Shown here piece after piece: positions 13,623 through 26,452 of a stretch of DNA of 64,000 nucleotides (position 1 is its first letter; every line of letters starts with the position of its first letter). Source of the stretch: Camelus dromedarius (Eukaryota); assembly GCF_036321535.1 (NCBI RefSeq), contig NC_087436.1:87732001-87796000 (forward strand), written 5' to 3'. The position numbers were made by a program, and so were the translations under genes. The notes under the pieces were generated by a model. It was not told the DNA's origin, ran no database searches, and worked only from the letters and a program-made list of their open reading frames with translations.

Positions 13623-14269
13623 CTACAAAACAGGGTCGAAGAGCACAAAAGTCAGGAGTGCCACGTCGAAACCCTTCCACGGGACATCACTGCTAAAGGA
13701 AAAGCGGCCGTGGCTTGTACTGCAAAGAGTTTAGATGTTATCTACAAATGCTATAAGGTGAAAAAGTGGCTTTTAGTTCCTCTTAGAGAAAATGTTACGG
13801 TCAAGAAATAAACCTAGCAATGACACAAATAATCTATTATTCCCCCCCAAAAAAAACCCACACCAGAAATGACAGTTATCATGACTTCAGTTTACTCTCC
13901 AAAAATGCTAATATAAATCATCTACACTTCCAGCTTCTTTTACATGTCGATGCTCCTTCAAAAGGAATTGTGCTGCTATCGTGTTTCCGTAACTCATTAA
14001 GCAAGGCCAGCTTGACTGGTGACCTTGGACCTAAAATACATACAAACACATCAGTCCCAACATTCTTAAGCTTCAAGGCATATCTGACTTTTAAAAAACA
14101 GGATTTCGATTTTTAGGGCAAAAATCTGACACGATCTTGAGCAAAACGACCATAATCATTTTTAGTTTTGTTTCTGCCACTTGAAGGAAATTCTGCCACT
14201 TCTGGTCAGGGTTTTCAGAAGCATAACTTTCATCTGGTAGAAGATATTAAAATGTAATAACAACAGACA

Positions 14270-14480
14270 ATAACAACATGGAACACTTACTGAGACCTTA
14301 CCATGAGCCATGCCCTGTTCTTAACACTTACATGTATGAACTCACTTAACCTCATAACAAGCTTATGAAAGAAGAATAATCACTACTGGCTGTGCAGATA
14401 AGAAAACGGAGGCAGAGAAAGGTCAGTAAAGTGGAAAAACTGGAGTTCAAACCCAGACAGTCTCACTGTCCTAAACTGTT
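14270..14480 (-). mobile_element. MIR SINE (further MIR fragments follow to about 15170)
   Basis: aacacttactgag...aactcacttaacctcataacaa...cagataagaaaacggaggcagaga is the antisense MIR core. Confidence 0.75.
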
Positions 14481-17400
14481 ATAAATTACAAGACAATTAT
14501 AAGATAATTAAAACATCCCATCTTGGCACAAGTGCTATCAGAGATAGTATGTCAGTTGCTTCCCACAACCACCCTGAATGACAGGCAGGGCAGAGATAAT
14601 TATCTCTACTGACAGATGGGAAAACTAAGGCTGAGGCTCTCCAAGGTCTCATAAGTGTTAAGTGGTGAATTCTGGACCGCACGTCTCTCCTACTTCCACT
14701 GGTCCCTGGTGCAAGACGCTGGGCCCTCAGTGAGCCACGGGATGAGAGAGCACTGGGTGCTGGGGTGGGTGATCTGCCCCCAGTGAACGAGTTCCAGCTC
14801 TTCACCTTACTACGGGCCTCCATCAGGCACTGACTTATTCTGGGTCTCCAGTTCATCATTTGAAGAATCTACCTCTACATCATCTGGGATATCTACCTCT
14901 CAGGAGTTTTGTGAAGAAGAGACATCCGCTTGATGAGCGCTCAGGTGCACGTAGGTAGGTGCTGGGCTCTGACGCCACGCTGGGGGTGTGAGCTCGGGCT
15001 GAACCTCAGTGCTCACTGGATCCTCACACCCACCCTATGGTGGAGGTGTTGCCTACGTCCCCGATTTTACACATGAGCAAACTCAAGCAGAGGGATGGAG
15101 GAGCAGCTGGAAAGCAGGAGGTGAAGTTAAGGAAGGAACCTGAGCAGCCTGGCAGCAAGGCCCAAACCCCCGGCCACCTCCACGTGGCCCTGACAGCAGA
15201 GACTGAGAAGCAGGGACCCGAGGCCACAGCCCCGGGGAGTGGAGTGTGGACATTGGGGCTGGGAAGGAAGGGGAAGTCCGAGGTGGGGAGAAAACCTGAG
15301 CCAGTGTAACCAAGGGAAGTCAAGGAGGAGAGAGCACCAGGGGCGGGGGGGCGGGCCCGGATGGTCAGCCACACAGGACACGGCTGCCACCCCTGTGCAC
15401 CCCGCTCCTCTCCCCCGTGGGCGACAACCCCGCGTACACTGAGGCACACAGAAAGGTCTGGACAGCCACCCACAGACAAGACAAGATTCCTTCCTGTCCC
15501 TAATGCCTTGGGGTGGGGCCTGCGGAATGAGAAAGTACGCCTCGCCTTACCGGAGGCAGGAACCCCTCCCGTCCACCAGTGTTTGCAGAACGCAGAGGAA
15601 ATGCACTTTTCCCCTCGGCCCGTGGGAAGACGGACAGTATTTAAAACAATGTCTTCACCAACATTCACCAATAAAGATCAATCCACCAGCTCCTCTACTA
15701 TCTGTCTCTCCGCAGAAACACCGGTACTACGCCTGGCTCTCACTGACTCCTACCCCACAAGAGAGAGTATGCCTCCGGTAAACATGCAAACATCCTAAGT
15801 TAACTTTTTCAGGTTTTTTTTCCTTACTGATGAATGCTTTCTGTTAAAGTTTCCCGAATCACTTTTCCTGATGTCTGTGTAAAACTTACTCGTATTTTAG
15901 CCCCAAATTATCCCACATTTGGCATTTTATTTTCATTTATTCCCATGGCATTTGTTCAGATCCCTCCACTCTAACCTGCCATAATAAGCAAGTGACTGCT
16001 AGGGGCATCTTTCACAATGAAACGGTGTCTTCTCATCCCAGTGACCATTACAGCTCAGGTACCACTGGCTCACTGACCTCTCACCCCTCTCCCAGGAAGG
16101 ATGAGTCAAAGTCACACCCCTGTGAAGGTCCAAAGGACGACAGAGCACAGCTCCACAGGGAGAACCCTAGGGCCCAGTATGACAGTGAAAAGTTTCAGGC
16201 TACCTCAAAATCAATTTTTTAATGCTGAGGAAAACAAGTTTACTTCAAATAATTTGACAACATGAACCAAGTCAACAAAAACACACAGAGGGCACACAAC
16301 TCAAGGCCTGGTGGCCCGAAATCTGCTCCCCCACCCCCAGCATGGCTCTAGGGAGCCTACCTGAGCAAGAGCAACAACTCGGGTCTTTAAGTTCATGCAC
16401 GAAAGTACACCTGTTTGTAGGCCCCGCCTGGCTCACCTATGCAGACGGAGCAGCTAATGCAGCATCTTACCACGGTAATAATAAGACACACACATCACTA
16501 ACAGTCCTACGGTCAACCTTCCAAAAAAAGTTTTTGAACAAATGTGTTCCTAAAACATTTATTCAAAATTTGTGTCAATCAAATTCTGCTCAAATCAGTA
16601 AATTTCCATTGATTTGAAACCTCTATGAATAGGTAACACATCACCATTTCAGATTTTCCCCCCATTCATCAGTTAAGGCAAGCACTCGACTTAAAGTTTC
16701 CTGGCAGGTAGGATTTTTTTTTTTTATATACAAATATTCAAGAATGTTTGCTTCTTAAAATAACTCTGTGATGTCTTTATAATATAAACACTTAAAGCTA
16801 AATGAATGTTTTACAAATTTGTACTTATTTATATCATTAAATTTAGACTTTACTGACTCAAAACTTGCATTACTTTATCTACCCTTTATTTTTAAACTAA
16901 AAAAAATCAAGTAAGCAAGTAATATAAACAAGACTGTTATGGAATGTCTACCTGCTTCAAAGAATAAGCTATTCTAACTCACTAAAAATATCTACTTAGG
17001 CACAAACAAGCTGACATTACAGATAGAGACAAAATATTAAGGTTGACATTTTAAAATAATAACTACAAAGCACTTTCAAAGTCATCTTCACAAACCGAAG
17101 AGGTGTTATTACCACCCCAATTCTACGAATAAGAAAACTAGCCGATAAAGTTGAGCCACTAAAGCTCCTATTCAAATAAATACTTAACAAATAAAAGCGA
17201 CTTCCTAATGAACTTCAAGAAACGCGAAATTAATTTAAAATAATAGGGCTGCAAGTTTTCAATCTTTGCCAATCACCCAAGAAAAAACAGTGGTGAAATA
17301 GACTTCAGGGATCCAACTACATTGCATCAGAAACGTCTTATGAAAGAGGGAAAGGCTTTTCCTATATAACAGAGAAGTGGGAAGAGGAAGACACAAATCA

Positions 17401-20400
17401 TCCCAGCTAGTAAACCCGACTAAGACCCAGGCTCCTCCGTGTTACTGTGCCAGGTCTTTGGTGCTCAGTCTGCAACATCCCTACATTAGCTGGACAGGGA
17501 CTCTGAAATCAACCTTCCCAACTCCCCCATCATTAGAAACTCTTTCTTGATGCAGAGGTGTCTGTATGATCCTCAGGAAGACAACACAGATTGTTTATAT
17601 TTTTTACCCAAAGGTTAGGACTTGCGTTCAGGTTCATTTCTTTTTGGTTCAATGTTCAAAGAGAACAAATAAAGTATTTTAGTAACTGACAGTATTTTCA
17701 AGTAAACCAGGTAGTCAATGAATATAACTATTCTCCCCACATTAAACAATTAGAAATACTGCCAACATTTTTATCATATCTATTCTAATATTTGGTCCCA
17801 GAAAAATCAATTTTAAAGAGCAATTTGAGTTCACCTGGATCAGACTGAAGACCTTTTAATACCTATGCAGCTGGCTGTTTTGTTAATTTAACTAAGCATG
17901 TTATTCTTAATAAACAGTATATCTAAGTAGGTGTGCCACTACTTTCTTTTTTAAAAAATCTTTTTGCTTGTGAGCCTCAAGTGAAAAAAAAAGTCCTGTG
18001 CAGGATTCATTTCCTTTAAGACATATTAAATTGTGTGCCAAGTTTCTAATCATCCCCAAATAAGAGATCTATACAATTAGAAAATTTTTCTGACTTTCCT
18101 GAACTTAGTATAAATGCATATTCCAATATAAAAATCTCACTAATTTTCATTTTAATGAGTCTGTTGTATCATATAGCCTTGATTCACTTAATAACATTTT
18201 ATATGGTACACTTTACCACTTCAATACTTTTCATACAGCTATTTCACCTTCTTTTTCACTGAACCAATGTCACAAAGACATAGTAATTTAAGTTGATAAA
18301 TAGGCTGAATTTTAAGACATCTTATCAGTACCTAATATTTTATTTCAATTTCCTGAACAGATCACTGAACTACTTGCTTGCTTGAGTAAAACTATTAGTG
18401 TCTAAATATGCAATTTTTATCCTACTGTTTAAGACCAAAATACTTCCTTTCCTTTCTCTCTAAATAACACTGACTTTCAACAACTATCATCCTCCTTCAT
18501 CATGTTTTTTTGGTCCTCTTTAGCTTTTTAAGTTCACTCCCAGTATTTTGGGCTACTTCTCCAATATTAACCTACACGCTCTCTCTCCTTTTTTCCCCCT
18601 CCTTTTTTTTTTGGTGGGAGGAAGACGGAAAGCACCAAAGTAAAGTGTTAGAGGAGACAGAGCAGGAAGACACTGGCCTCTTTTGCACTTGGTTTGGCTC
18701 TTCCATATACAGTTGTTATAGAAACTCTCAGACTACTGTTGAGCCAAGAGATTTGAAGAGGCACTACAGTGATGAACTTTCTCACATTTCCAAACATTAG
18801 AGATCTTATGTTGTTTAACTTTTAAAGTATACTCTGTCAGGTACGGTGATCACACGTGATGCTGTAACCAGATGGGGGAACATTAATGAGCTGGACTACT
18901 CTACGAAATTACTAATGCTAACTGACACTGACTGGCACGTCCGAGGTACCAGGCGCAGCGCCAGCATGTCGTGCACCAAACACCAGACATGTCCACTGTC
19001 CCCAAGGGCGGAAAAGGAGGCACGAGGCCAAACACACTCTCCACTTTCGTCTTCCTTAATTATAGCTTACAATTATTAAACTGCCACATTCAGTTTAAAT
19101 ATTTAGATATGAAATTACTATCGTAACAACACTCATTTAAATCCAAAGCTCAACGTTCACTACGTAACGTATAAGACTCAGAACCCTGATGTTTTATTAC
19201 CTTAGCCAAGGAAAAGACAACCCAAAGCCTTTACAAATACAAAATTTGGTTTTAAAAAAAGTCAAAACTACACTAACTCTGAAGTTTAAAAAAATCTCCA
19301 ATGCCTACCAATATACTGTTTCAGAATATGAGAGAACTGCGTTTTTCTGGACTATTAAAACTGGCCCTGAAAATTATATTCAGCATTATTGGTAGTAGCT
19401 AAAAGTTACACACACTTAAATATGGAATAGAAAATCAAGCAGTCATTAAAAAATAAAGCTTTATAAATGTGCTGCTATGAAAAGATCTCCAAGATATACT
19501 GACAGAAACAAGAGGACAACAGAAATGTACACTTGTACTTGGGGAAAATATATCAGTGTCATCATCATTCAGGAAGCAAATACAAGAGCCTAGGAGTTGT
19601 GTCTGGAGAGTCAAGGGTGGAGCGCCAGTGGGGACGGGAGCTAGGGCTCATACAACGGGACAGAAGCCTCCGCTGTCTGTTTACACCTCTCACACTTCTT
19701 TTAAAACCATGTGAATAAATCACTTTCAAAGTTATTAAGGAAGCTGTTTTTGACCACCTTTGAGCTGACCTATATTTACTGAAACAGAAAGATCAGGTGA
19801 AGGGACCCTCTGCGGCCTGGCCTTCTAGAACACACTCATCATGGTCTCTGCCCCCTCCGCTCACCCCCTCCCCTGGAAGGAGTGGAGAGTCCGATGTAGC
19901 TGGTAGTCCAGTGAGGAGGAACTGAGCAGAAGGGCCCAGCCCCAGCTGAACTCCCTTTCGGATCAGCTGGCCAGCAGAAGCTGACACCCTTCCTCTGTCA
20001 TTAGTGGGGAGTTTGAGGCGGGCCAGCAAGAGGGTGGTGCCTAACTACTTGTGGCAGCATCTAAGGCTATTTAATTCAGGTGAAATACTGAAAAGCCTCT
20101 GCATTTTTTGCTGCTCATCCAGGCTGTTTTCCAACAAAACTGTTACTTTAATCTCCATCTTGTGCCTGAACCCATCTGGAGGGGAGGGACAGGTCTAGAT
20201 CCCAACAACCTCCAAGACATACCATTAAATAAAAAATTAAATGAAAGAACAGTGTTACATCGAATGTACAGTATGAGCTCATTGATGCTAAATTTAAACA
20301 ACCCACTACCATAAAAATACATGCAGGTACAAAAATGTCTGAAGGAACAAACATTAAACGGCGTACCGGGGGAAGGCTGGACTGGGAGCCGTTTAGGAGG

Positions 20401-20584
20401 ACTGGCACTTTTTATTCCATTTGCTTTTGTGCTATTCACAACTCTCTAACAAGCACGTATTCATATATACCTGTGGTATTTTTCAACAAATTTAAAATAC
20501 ATTTTAACAATTCTTCCTAGAAATTTTCATAACTACAGATCAAGTGCAAGTTTCTGAACTTCATGACCATCAACGGTTTAGAGA

Positions 20585-20777
20585 AGGGGTTCTCACATTG
20601 TGGCCCCCAGACCAGCTGCATCAGCATGGCCCGGGAGCTGGTGAGGAATGCAGGCTTTGGGACCCCAGCCCAGACCTCCAGAGTCAGGAACGGGGAGGGG
20701 GGGGCGGAGCCTAGCAACCTGTTCTAACAAGCCCTCCCCAGGCAACCATGATGCCAGCTGGAGCCTGAGAACCAAGG
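20585..20777. mobile_element. MER5A-like hAT-Charlie MITE
   Basis: ggttctca...cccagaccagctgcatcagcat...gggagctggtgaggaatgcag...aacaagccctcc...gagaacca; about 190 bp. Confidence 0.75.
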
Positions 20778-21244
20778 GGCTAAAGAACTGTTTACAATAA
20801 TCAACTTGCAATTTTCCCATTCAGAAATCCTCACAACCTACACAACACACACAAACACCCCTCCCTACCCGTCAATTCATTTTACATCTCAATTCAACAA
20901 ACATCTATGGAATACTTTTCAACTGCATTACAGTAGCAACTTTTTGGTATTAACTAAAATACTTCGGTAGAGAAACGGTATCTTGAAACCACTGAAGAGA
21001 ATCCCTAGAGGTTTCCCTTTAAAGGCACTGAAGTTCTCTGTCCTAAACCAGAACTGCTTTCCTGGTGGGAAGGAGCTGTAACATGGCTGCCTTCATACAC
21101 CCTGAAAAACATCCTCAACCAAGTAACAACTTGTTAATGGAATGTGCTGTAATAACACAGAGCATTCTCAGCTGGCGTTTCTTCTTCATAACTTTGTATT
21201 AGGAAGTTTATTTAAAATTAAGTAGTGTTAGCATTTACAGATAC

Positions 21245-21284
21245 CTGTTTGGTGATCGTCTTGGCCAACGTCTTCTGTTAGATT
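21245..21284 (-). CDS. DCUN1D4: DCUN1D4 coding exon 3 (NLTEDVGQDDHQT)
   Basis: Acceptor TTCTTGCAG, 40 nt, donor CAG|GTAT; follows a 177-nt intron; frame preserved. Confidence 0.95.
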
Positions 21285-21461
21285 CTGCAAGAAATATGTT
21301 CATTATTACCAAGAAATCACATATGCCATGCAGCAAATTTTAAAATTCAGTATTTTCATAAACAGCCAATATCATAATATCCATAATTTAAATTTTTATC
21401 AAATACACTTAAAACAACTACTTTAAATAGCTGGTAGTTTGTCTTTAAAAGATTGACTTAC

Positions 21462-21532
21462 TAGCTTATTAAGGGTGTGGTAGATCTTATGAATATTTGC
21501 CAGTGTTGAGAGATGAGAGTTCAACTGAAAGT
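21462..21532 (-). CDS. DCUN1D4: DCUN1D4 coding exon 2 ([24 protein letters not shown])
   Basis: Acceptor TTTTCTTTTAAAG, 71 nt, donor GTAAGT; in frame with exon 1 (A+AC = Asn); visible inside ORF 21423..21683. Confidence 0.97.
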
Positions 21533-24500
21533 CTTTAAAAGAAAAAAGGGAAAATTCAGTGTCATTTATTTCCCATACTGCAAAAAGACTATTAAAAAAG
21601 AGTTCAGAAGTAAAGATAAACACGTTTTGATACAACTGAATACTATCTCCATTGATACTTAATAAATAAGATACAACATGCAACTACCAACCTCTTAGAA
21701 ATAGTCTGACAATAAAGTTAAGTTCCCAACCAAATGTTCAAGTTCATCAAATGTTCATGTGAATTATAAGGTAAAACAAAAATACTTCAGTAGTTATAAT
21801 ATCCTATGAGCAACGAAGTTGAGCCTGATAGAAAAGTATCAATGTCAGCAAATTAAACAAGTCACACAAATGGAAGACAGATCTCAAATGAAACATGTTC
21901 ACTTTCTCTTTCCCTTTCTCTTCTCCAGAACCAAACACAACATCAAGCTCCTGGAAAGAAATAACAGGAAAGCATCTCAACCATTCAGCATTTCTTACAA
22001 TATACTCATTTTGTTGGCTCTTATACAGCTAAGCAGAAAGGGAATCTAGGCCCCTCCCCCTGCTATCTAACAAGATGGACAGATCAAAGGACTCAGCTGC
22101 AAGCACCCAGCGCCCTGTGAGGGAGTTTATAGTTATCTGCACTGCGATAGTAAAACGTGCCATAGAACCAGAAGCACAAGGGCAGAGCTCACACTCACAG
22201 AGAAACAAATCAGACTGTCTCCACGTAGCATCTCTAACAACTTCAGAACTGCACACCAAGTCATACACACAAGACGAATTAAGTTGCTCTGTCTTACAAT
22301 CCTGCACAACATTAAACTTTTAAGTTAAAACGTTAGACTTTTGAATCTCCAATTTCAAATGTTTTTTTATAAAGTTAAGTATGCTTGCATACATACTAGG
22401 CTATGTGAATATGAGTTAAAAGTCTATGAATAATTTCATATTTGAATAAGCATCAACAGAAATATTTTCATAAAATCAGGATTTACATTAGTTCCTTTTC
22501 TTTACTATCATACAGATTAGAAAGGGTTAGTCTGAAAGTAACCTTGAAAAGATACTCTAACTCTCAAAGTTATGCCATTCTGATAAAAAAGAAAAGCATT
22601 GCCCCTCACTGGAATATTTTATTCGGGACACACATCAGATGCAAAGAGCAGACACTACAATTTTCAAGTTGCCTCTGCTGGGGCTGGACTCTTGGGGCTG
22701 CTGCTCCAAATCTGGAAAGCAAGCTGACTTGCCTGCCAGTATTTAGAAAGCATCACTTTCTTTTCTAAATCGAGCCAGGAATCCAGGTCTGCGCTGGCCT
22801 GGAGGGCAGACGGGCCAGCAGGCAGCAAAGCCCCTGACACCCACAGGCCACTGTCAGGAGCAGCAGTCGTCCAGGTACACGTACACGTGCGTGTATCCGG
22901 CCGGCCCAGAGGGAGCCTGTGGCCTGACACCACAGGCACAGCCATCGAGAAAGGTCCAAAGCAGCAAAGTGTTTGGCTGAGAGATAACCAGGGCAGGGCC
23001 TCAAATACAGAAGAGTGTCAATTATTTGGCATCTGAATAGTCTAGCCATATTGAAGGTAAATGATAACATAATGTGCACAGAACCCTGAGTTTCCATGTT
23101 AATTAGTGCACTTGCACAGAAAAAGATTAAAAAGCATGTGGGGTGTTTGGGTGCACATACGTGTGTGTATTTATTTACTTATGCTTGTATTTCATAAACC
23201 TGGAAGCTGGGTAGGGGGCTCTTAAGCTAGAAGCAACAGCCCCCTCCTGACCTGCAAAGGCTTTGGGGAGCTTAATCTTACACCACCCCAGCCCCTGGCA
23301 TCTACCACCAAGCCATAACCCCCCTTTTGTACTCTCCCAATTTAAAAACTGGAAGACAAATGATATTCTACATTCACATCTTGAAATATAAACTCCTGGG
23401 CCCCCCAAAAAACAAAAACAGAAAACTTAAGGGTCTAGATCTCTTTTCACTGAGGCCACGTAGAAGGGAAAAGAGAACGGGCTTGCCAAATATCATTGTA
23501 GCAGTGAGGTCTCCAGAACCCCCTAATGTTAATTCAACTGTCAAAATTCATACAGGAGAATCTAAACGAATTAAAATTGCTAAATTCTTCTACACACATA
23601 CAGGATCTCTGCCACAATATCACTGTGTTTTACAACCTGACTCTGATGTCTAACAGTTTGAACTGTTACTCAGGTCTACCAGTTACTTAACCTAAATCTC
23701 AATGTCCTCATCCCTAAAATGAGATTACAATACCTACATGGGGCAAACAGTGAATGTAATGCCTGGACCACAGTATGTGCCCAATAAAAGATATCAATTA
23801 TCACTCTATTCAGTTATACTATTTTCCACACCACAGAGCTATCTACAATGGTCTCTACTTTCTGTAGGTCCAAGTCAAGCCTCACATCAAAGTTGGAGCT
23901 TCCTCTGTGACTGAGGCCCATGGGCTGATCATCTCTACAGCCTATGATGACATTTCTGCAGTCACACATCACCCACTGATGTTCATAATGACAGTGGGAG
24001 ATAATCTCAACAGTGGAGAAAATAAACAAAAGCATTTAAGATCAGGTTCTGTACGTGAAGTTTCACTTTACAGGCAACAAGAGTAACCAGGTTCATGTCA
24101 CAAGCCACAGAATGTATGTCAGCAATTCTCTATTTACATATCCGGGGTCTAATACCATAACCACCTTATCACTTCACCAAAAAAAAAAGAGAGAGAAGGA
24201 ACTAGCAACATGAATATTTTTTCTTTAGTTTCACCACGGTTAAGACACGAAGAAGGAGACAGATTCAGGGGGGAGAAAAGAGACCAAAATGGCATTAAAA
24301 CATAAATCCACAAAGGTTAACATATATTGAATTTATGGTTCATCTACTCAGTGCTCAGGGCAAGTAACAGACCTTGAAATCTAAAATAGATTCCACATCC
24401 TTAAGGAATAGATGTTAAGGGTAAAGATCAAATGCTTTACAGAGAACGTATTTAGGAAAGTACTAACTGATTTATAAAAATCTCCTGCTCACATCTCAAC

Positions 24501-25139
24501 TCCAGAGGATAAAAGCTCGGTTAATTCAGTCCATGATCAAATGGCCCTCCACAGTAAAGCAGTGACTGGGCTGGACTCTCCTGTGTGACATGCAAACCTT
24601 ACATTCTGCACTAAGAGCAACAAATGGCTCTGCAAAAAAGGCACAGCCTGCTTGATTAACAGCTTGCCTAAATGATCTTCTGGGTGTTCTTAAAACGATC
24701 AACAAGTGCTGACTGGGCATAAAGTCTTCTCGGTTTTTGGGGGGTTTGTTTTTTATTACCATTTGCTGTACCTAACAGTATAATAGAAAAAAGTGAATGC
24801 CACTGAAGAGGGTCAAAATCCATTTCCCCCAAGCTACCCTCGGTACAAAATCCCACAGTACAGACAGAGACATATAAGGAATAAAACAATTATTGGTAAG
24901 TTCACACAATGACCATGAACCAAAAGAAGCAAATTTAAAAATTAACAGTCCTAATAGGAGTTTACTTCTGTAAGAGAGTCAGAAACAATTTAAATACATA
25001 AAAATCCGAACCTTTCCTTCATGCCATAAATAGTCACTTGTAAAATACAGCTGGGAGGTGATTTCAGTTATGACAACAACAAAAGGCAATAATACATGTA
25101 GGAATAATGCAACATCCAAAAGAAGAAACAGTACAAGTT

Positions 25140-25900
25140 AACCGAAGGACATAAATGCCGAGATATTATATCCCTGGAATGGAAAGATTCAGTATTATAA
25201 AGTGATCACTTCACCCTTTACTAAACTGCAAGTTAAATGCAACCAAATGCCTATTCTCCCGGCCTCCTTGTTCCCTAGCCCAAAAGAAGTGGAGGAAAAG
25301 GAAGGGAGTCAGGCAAGCTTGGCAGATTGATTCTCAAGTTCACCTGAAAGAACAAATATGCTTGACTTGCCAAAAAATTGTTGAAAAAGAAGAATGAGGA
25401 AGAACTTGCCCCATCAAATATCAATATGTAACATAAAGCAGAGGTTGGTAAATTCTTATGGCCAGATCTTAAATATTCTAGGCTTTGTTGGCCATAGTAT
25501 CTCTGTTGCAACTTCTTTGCCATTGAAGCTCAAAAGCAGCCATAAACAATACATAATAAACAAAGGGATGTGGCTGTGTTCCCATAAAACTTTATTTATG
25601 AAAAACAGGTGGTGGGCTCAGTTTGGCCCACGGGCTGTAACTTGCCAATGCCTGGTATAAAGATCCAGTAATTTTAACAGTACGGTACGTGTGCAAGAAG
25701 ACAAGTCAGTGGAAGAGAGCTAATAAATATACGTCTGCATGCATGCCTGTATGTTTGTATGTATGTATAAACACACATGTAATTAGTACATGATTAAATG
25801 GCATTTCCAATCAGTGGGGAGAGAGATACTTATTCAGTAAACAGAGGAGAAACTAGCTACCATGGGGAACAAATTAAAATTAATTCCAACCTCACCCAAA
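25140..25900 (+). mobile_element. Old L1M ORF2 fragment interrupted by MER58A
   Basis: tggaatggaaagattcagtattataaag, ttgaaaaagaagaatgaggaagaacttgccccatcaaatatcaa and the continuation cagtaattttaacagtacggtac. Confidence 0.65.
25439..25654. mobile_element. MER58A-like hAT MITE
   Basis: CAGAGGTTGGTAAA...ggctttgttggccata...tggctgtgttcccataaaactttattt...TTGCCAATGCCTG; degenerate 8-bp TSD ACATAAAG/GTATAAAG. Confidence 0.8.
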
Positions 25901-25929
25901 AGTTACAGATGAAAGGCGAAGGTATTCGA

Positions 25930-26452
25930 GGCAAAAGAAAAGTCCTTATCATGGACTCAGGGCCTTGCACACTCCACCTCTACGCATCTATCCAATTTCA
26001 TCTCTTACCCGTTTTCCCCTTGCTCACTCTTCTCAATCACAGTAAGCTTCTTACTGTTCTGTGGACACTCCAAGGATGCTCAGGCCTCAGGGCCTTTGCA
26101 CATGCTGTTGTTCTCTTTGTGTTGAGCTCTTTTTCAACTAATAATAACATGACTTGCTCTCGCACTTTATCAGGTTGCAATTTAAATATTACCTTCTTAC
26201 GGAACTTTGCCAGATCCAACAAACAGGACCCCTTCTTCACTATCTATCAATCACTTCACCATGCTTTACTTCTCTTTCTGGCACTAGTATCACCTGATTT
26301 TATGTCATCTTTGTTTCTCAGCTTCCTCTTGTGTAGAATGTAAGCTTTATGAAGGCCAGAACTTGGTCCTGTACACTGTTGTATCCCAAGTACCTAGAGC
26401 AATACCTGGGACACATCGGGTGCTCAATAAATACTCAAGGAATAAACGAATG
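25930..26452 (+). mobile_element. L2 3' fragment
   Basis: cctcagggcctttgcacatgctgtt...tagaatgtaagctttatgaaggccag...gtgctcaataaatac. Confidence 0.8.

Noticed and set aside
13384..13680. 98-aa ORF as a standalone gene
   Set aside because: It is exon 4 plus open intronic flanks; the recognisable peptide is bounded by splice sites.
15024..15798. 215-aa and 145-aa ORFs in intron 3
   Set aside because: GC-rich patch overlapping MIR remnants; no recognisable domain or exon structure.
25798..26343. 181-aa plus-strand ORF
   Set aside because: Runs across decayed L1 and L2 sequence; chance open frame.
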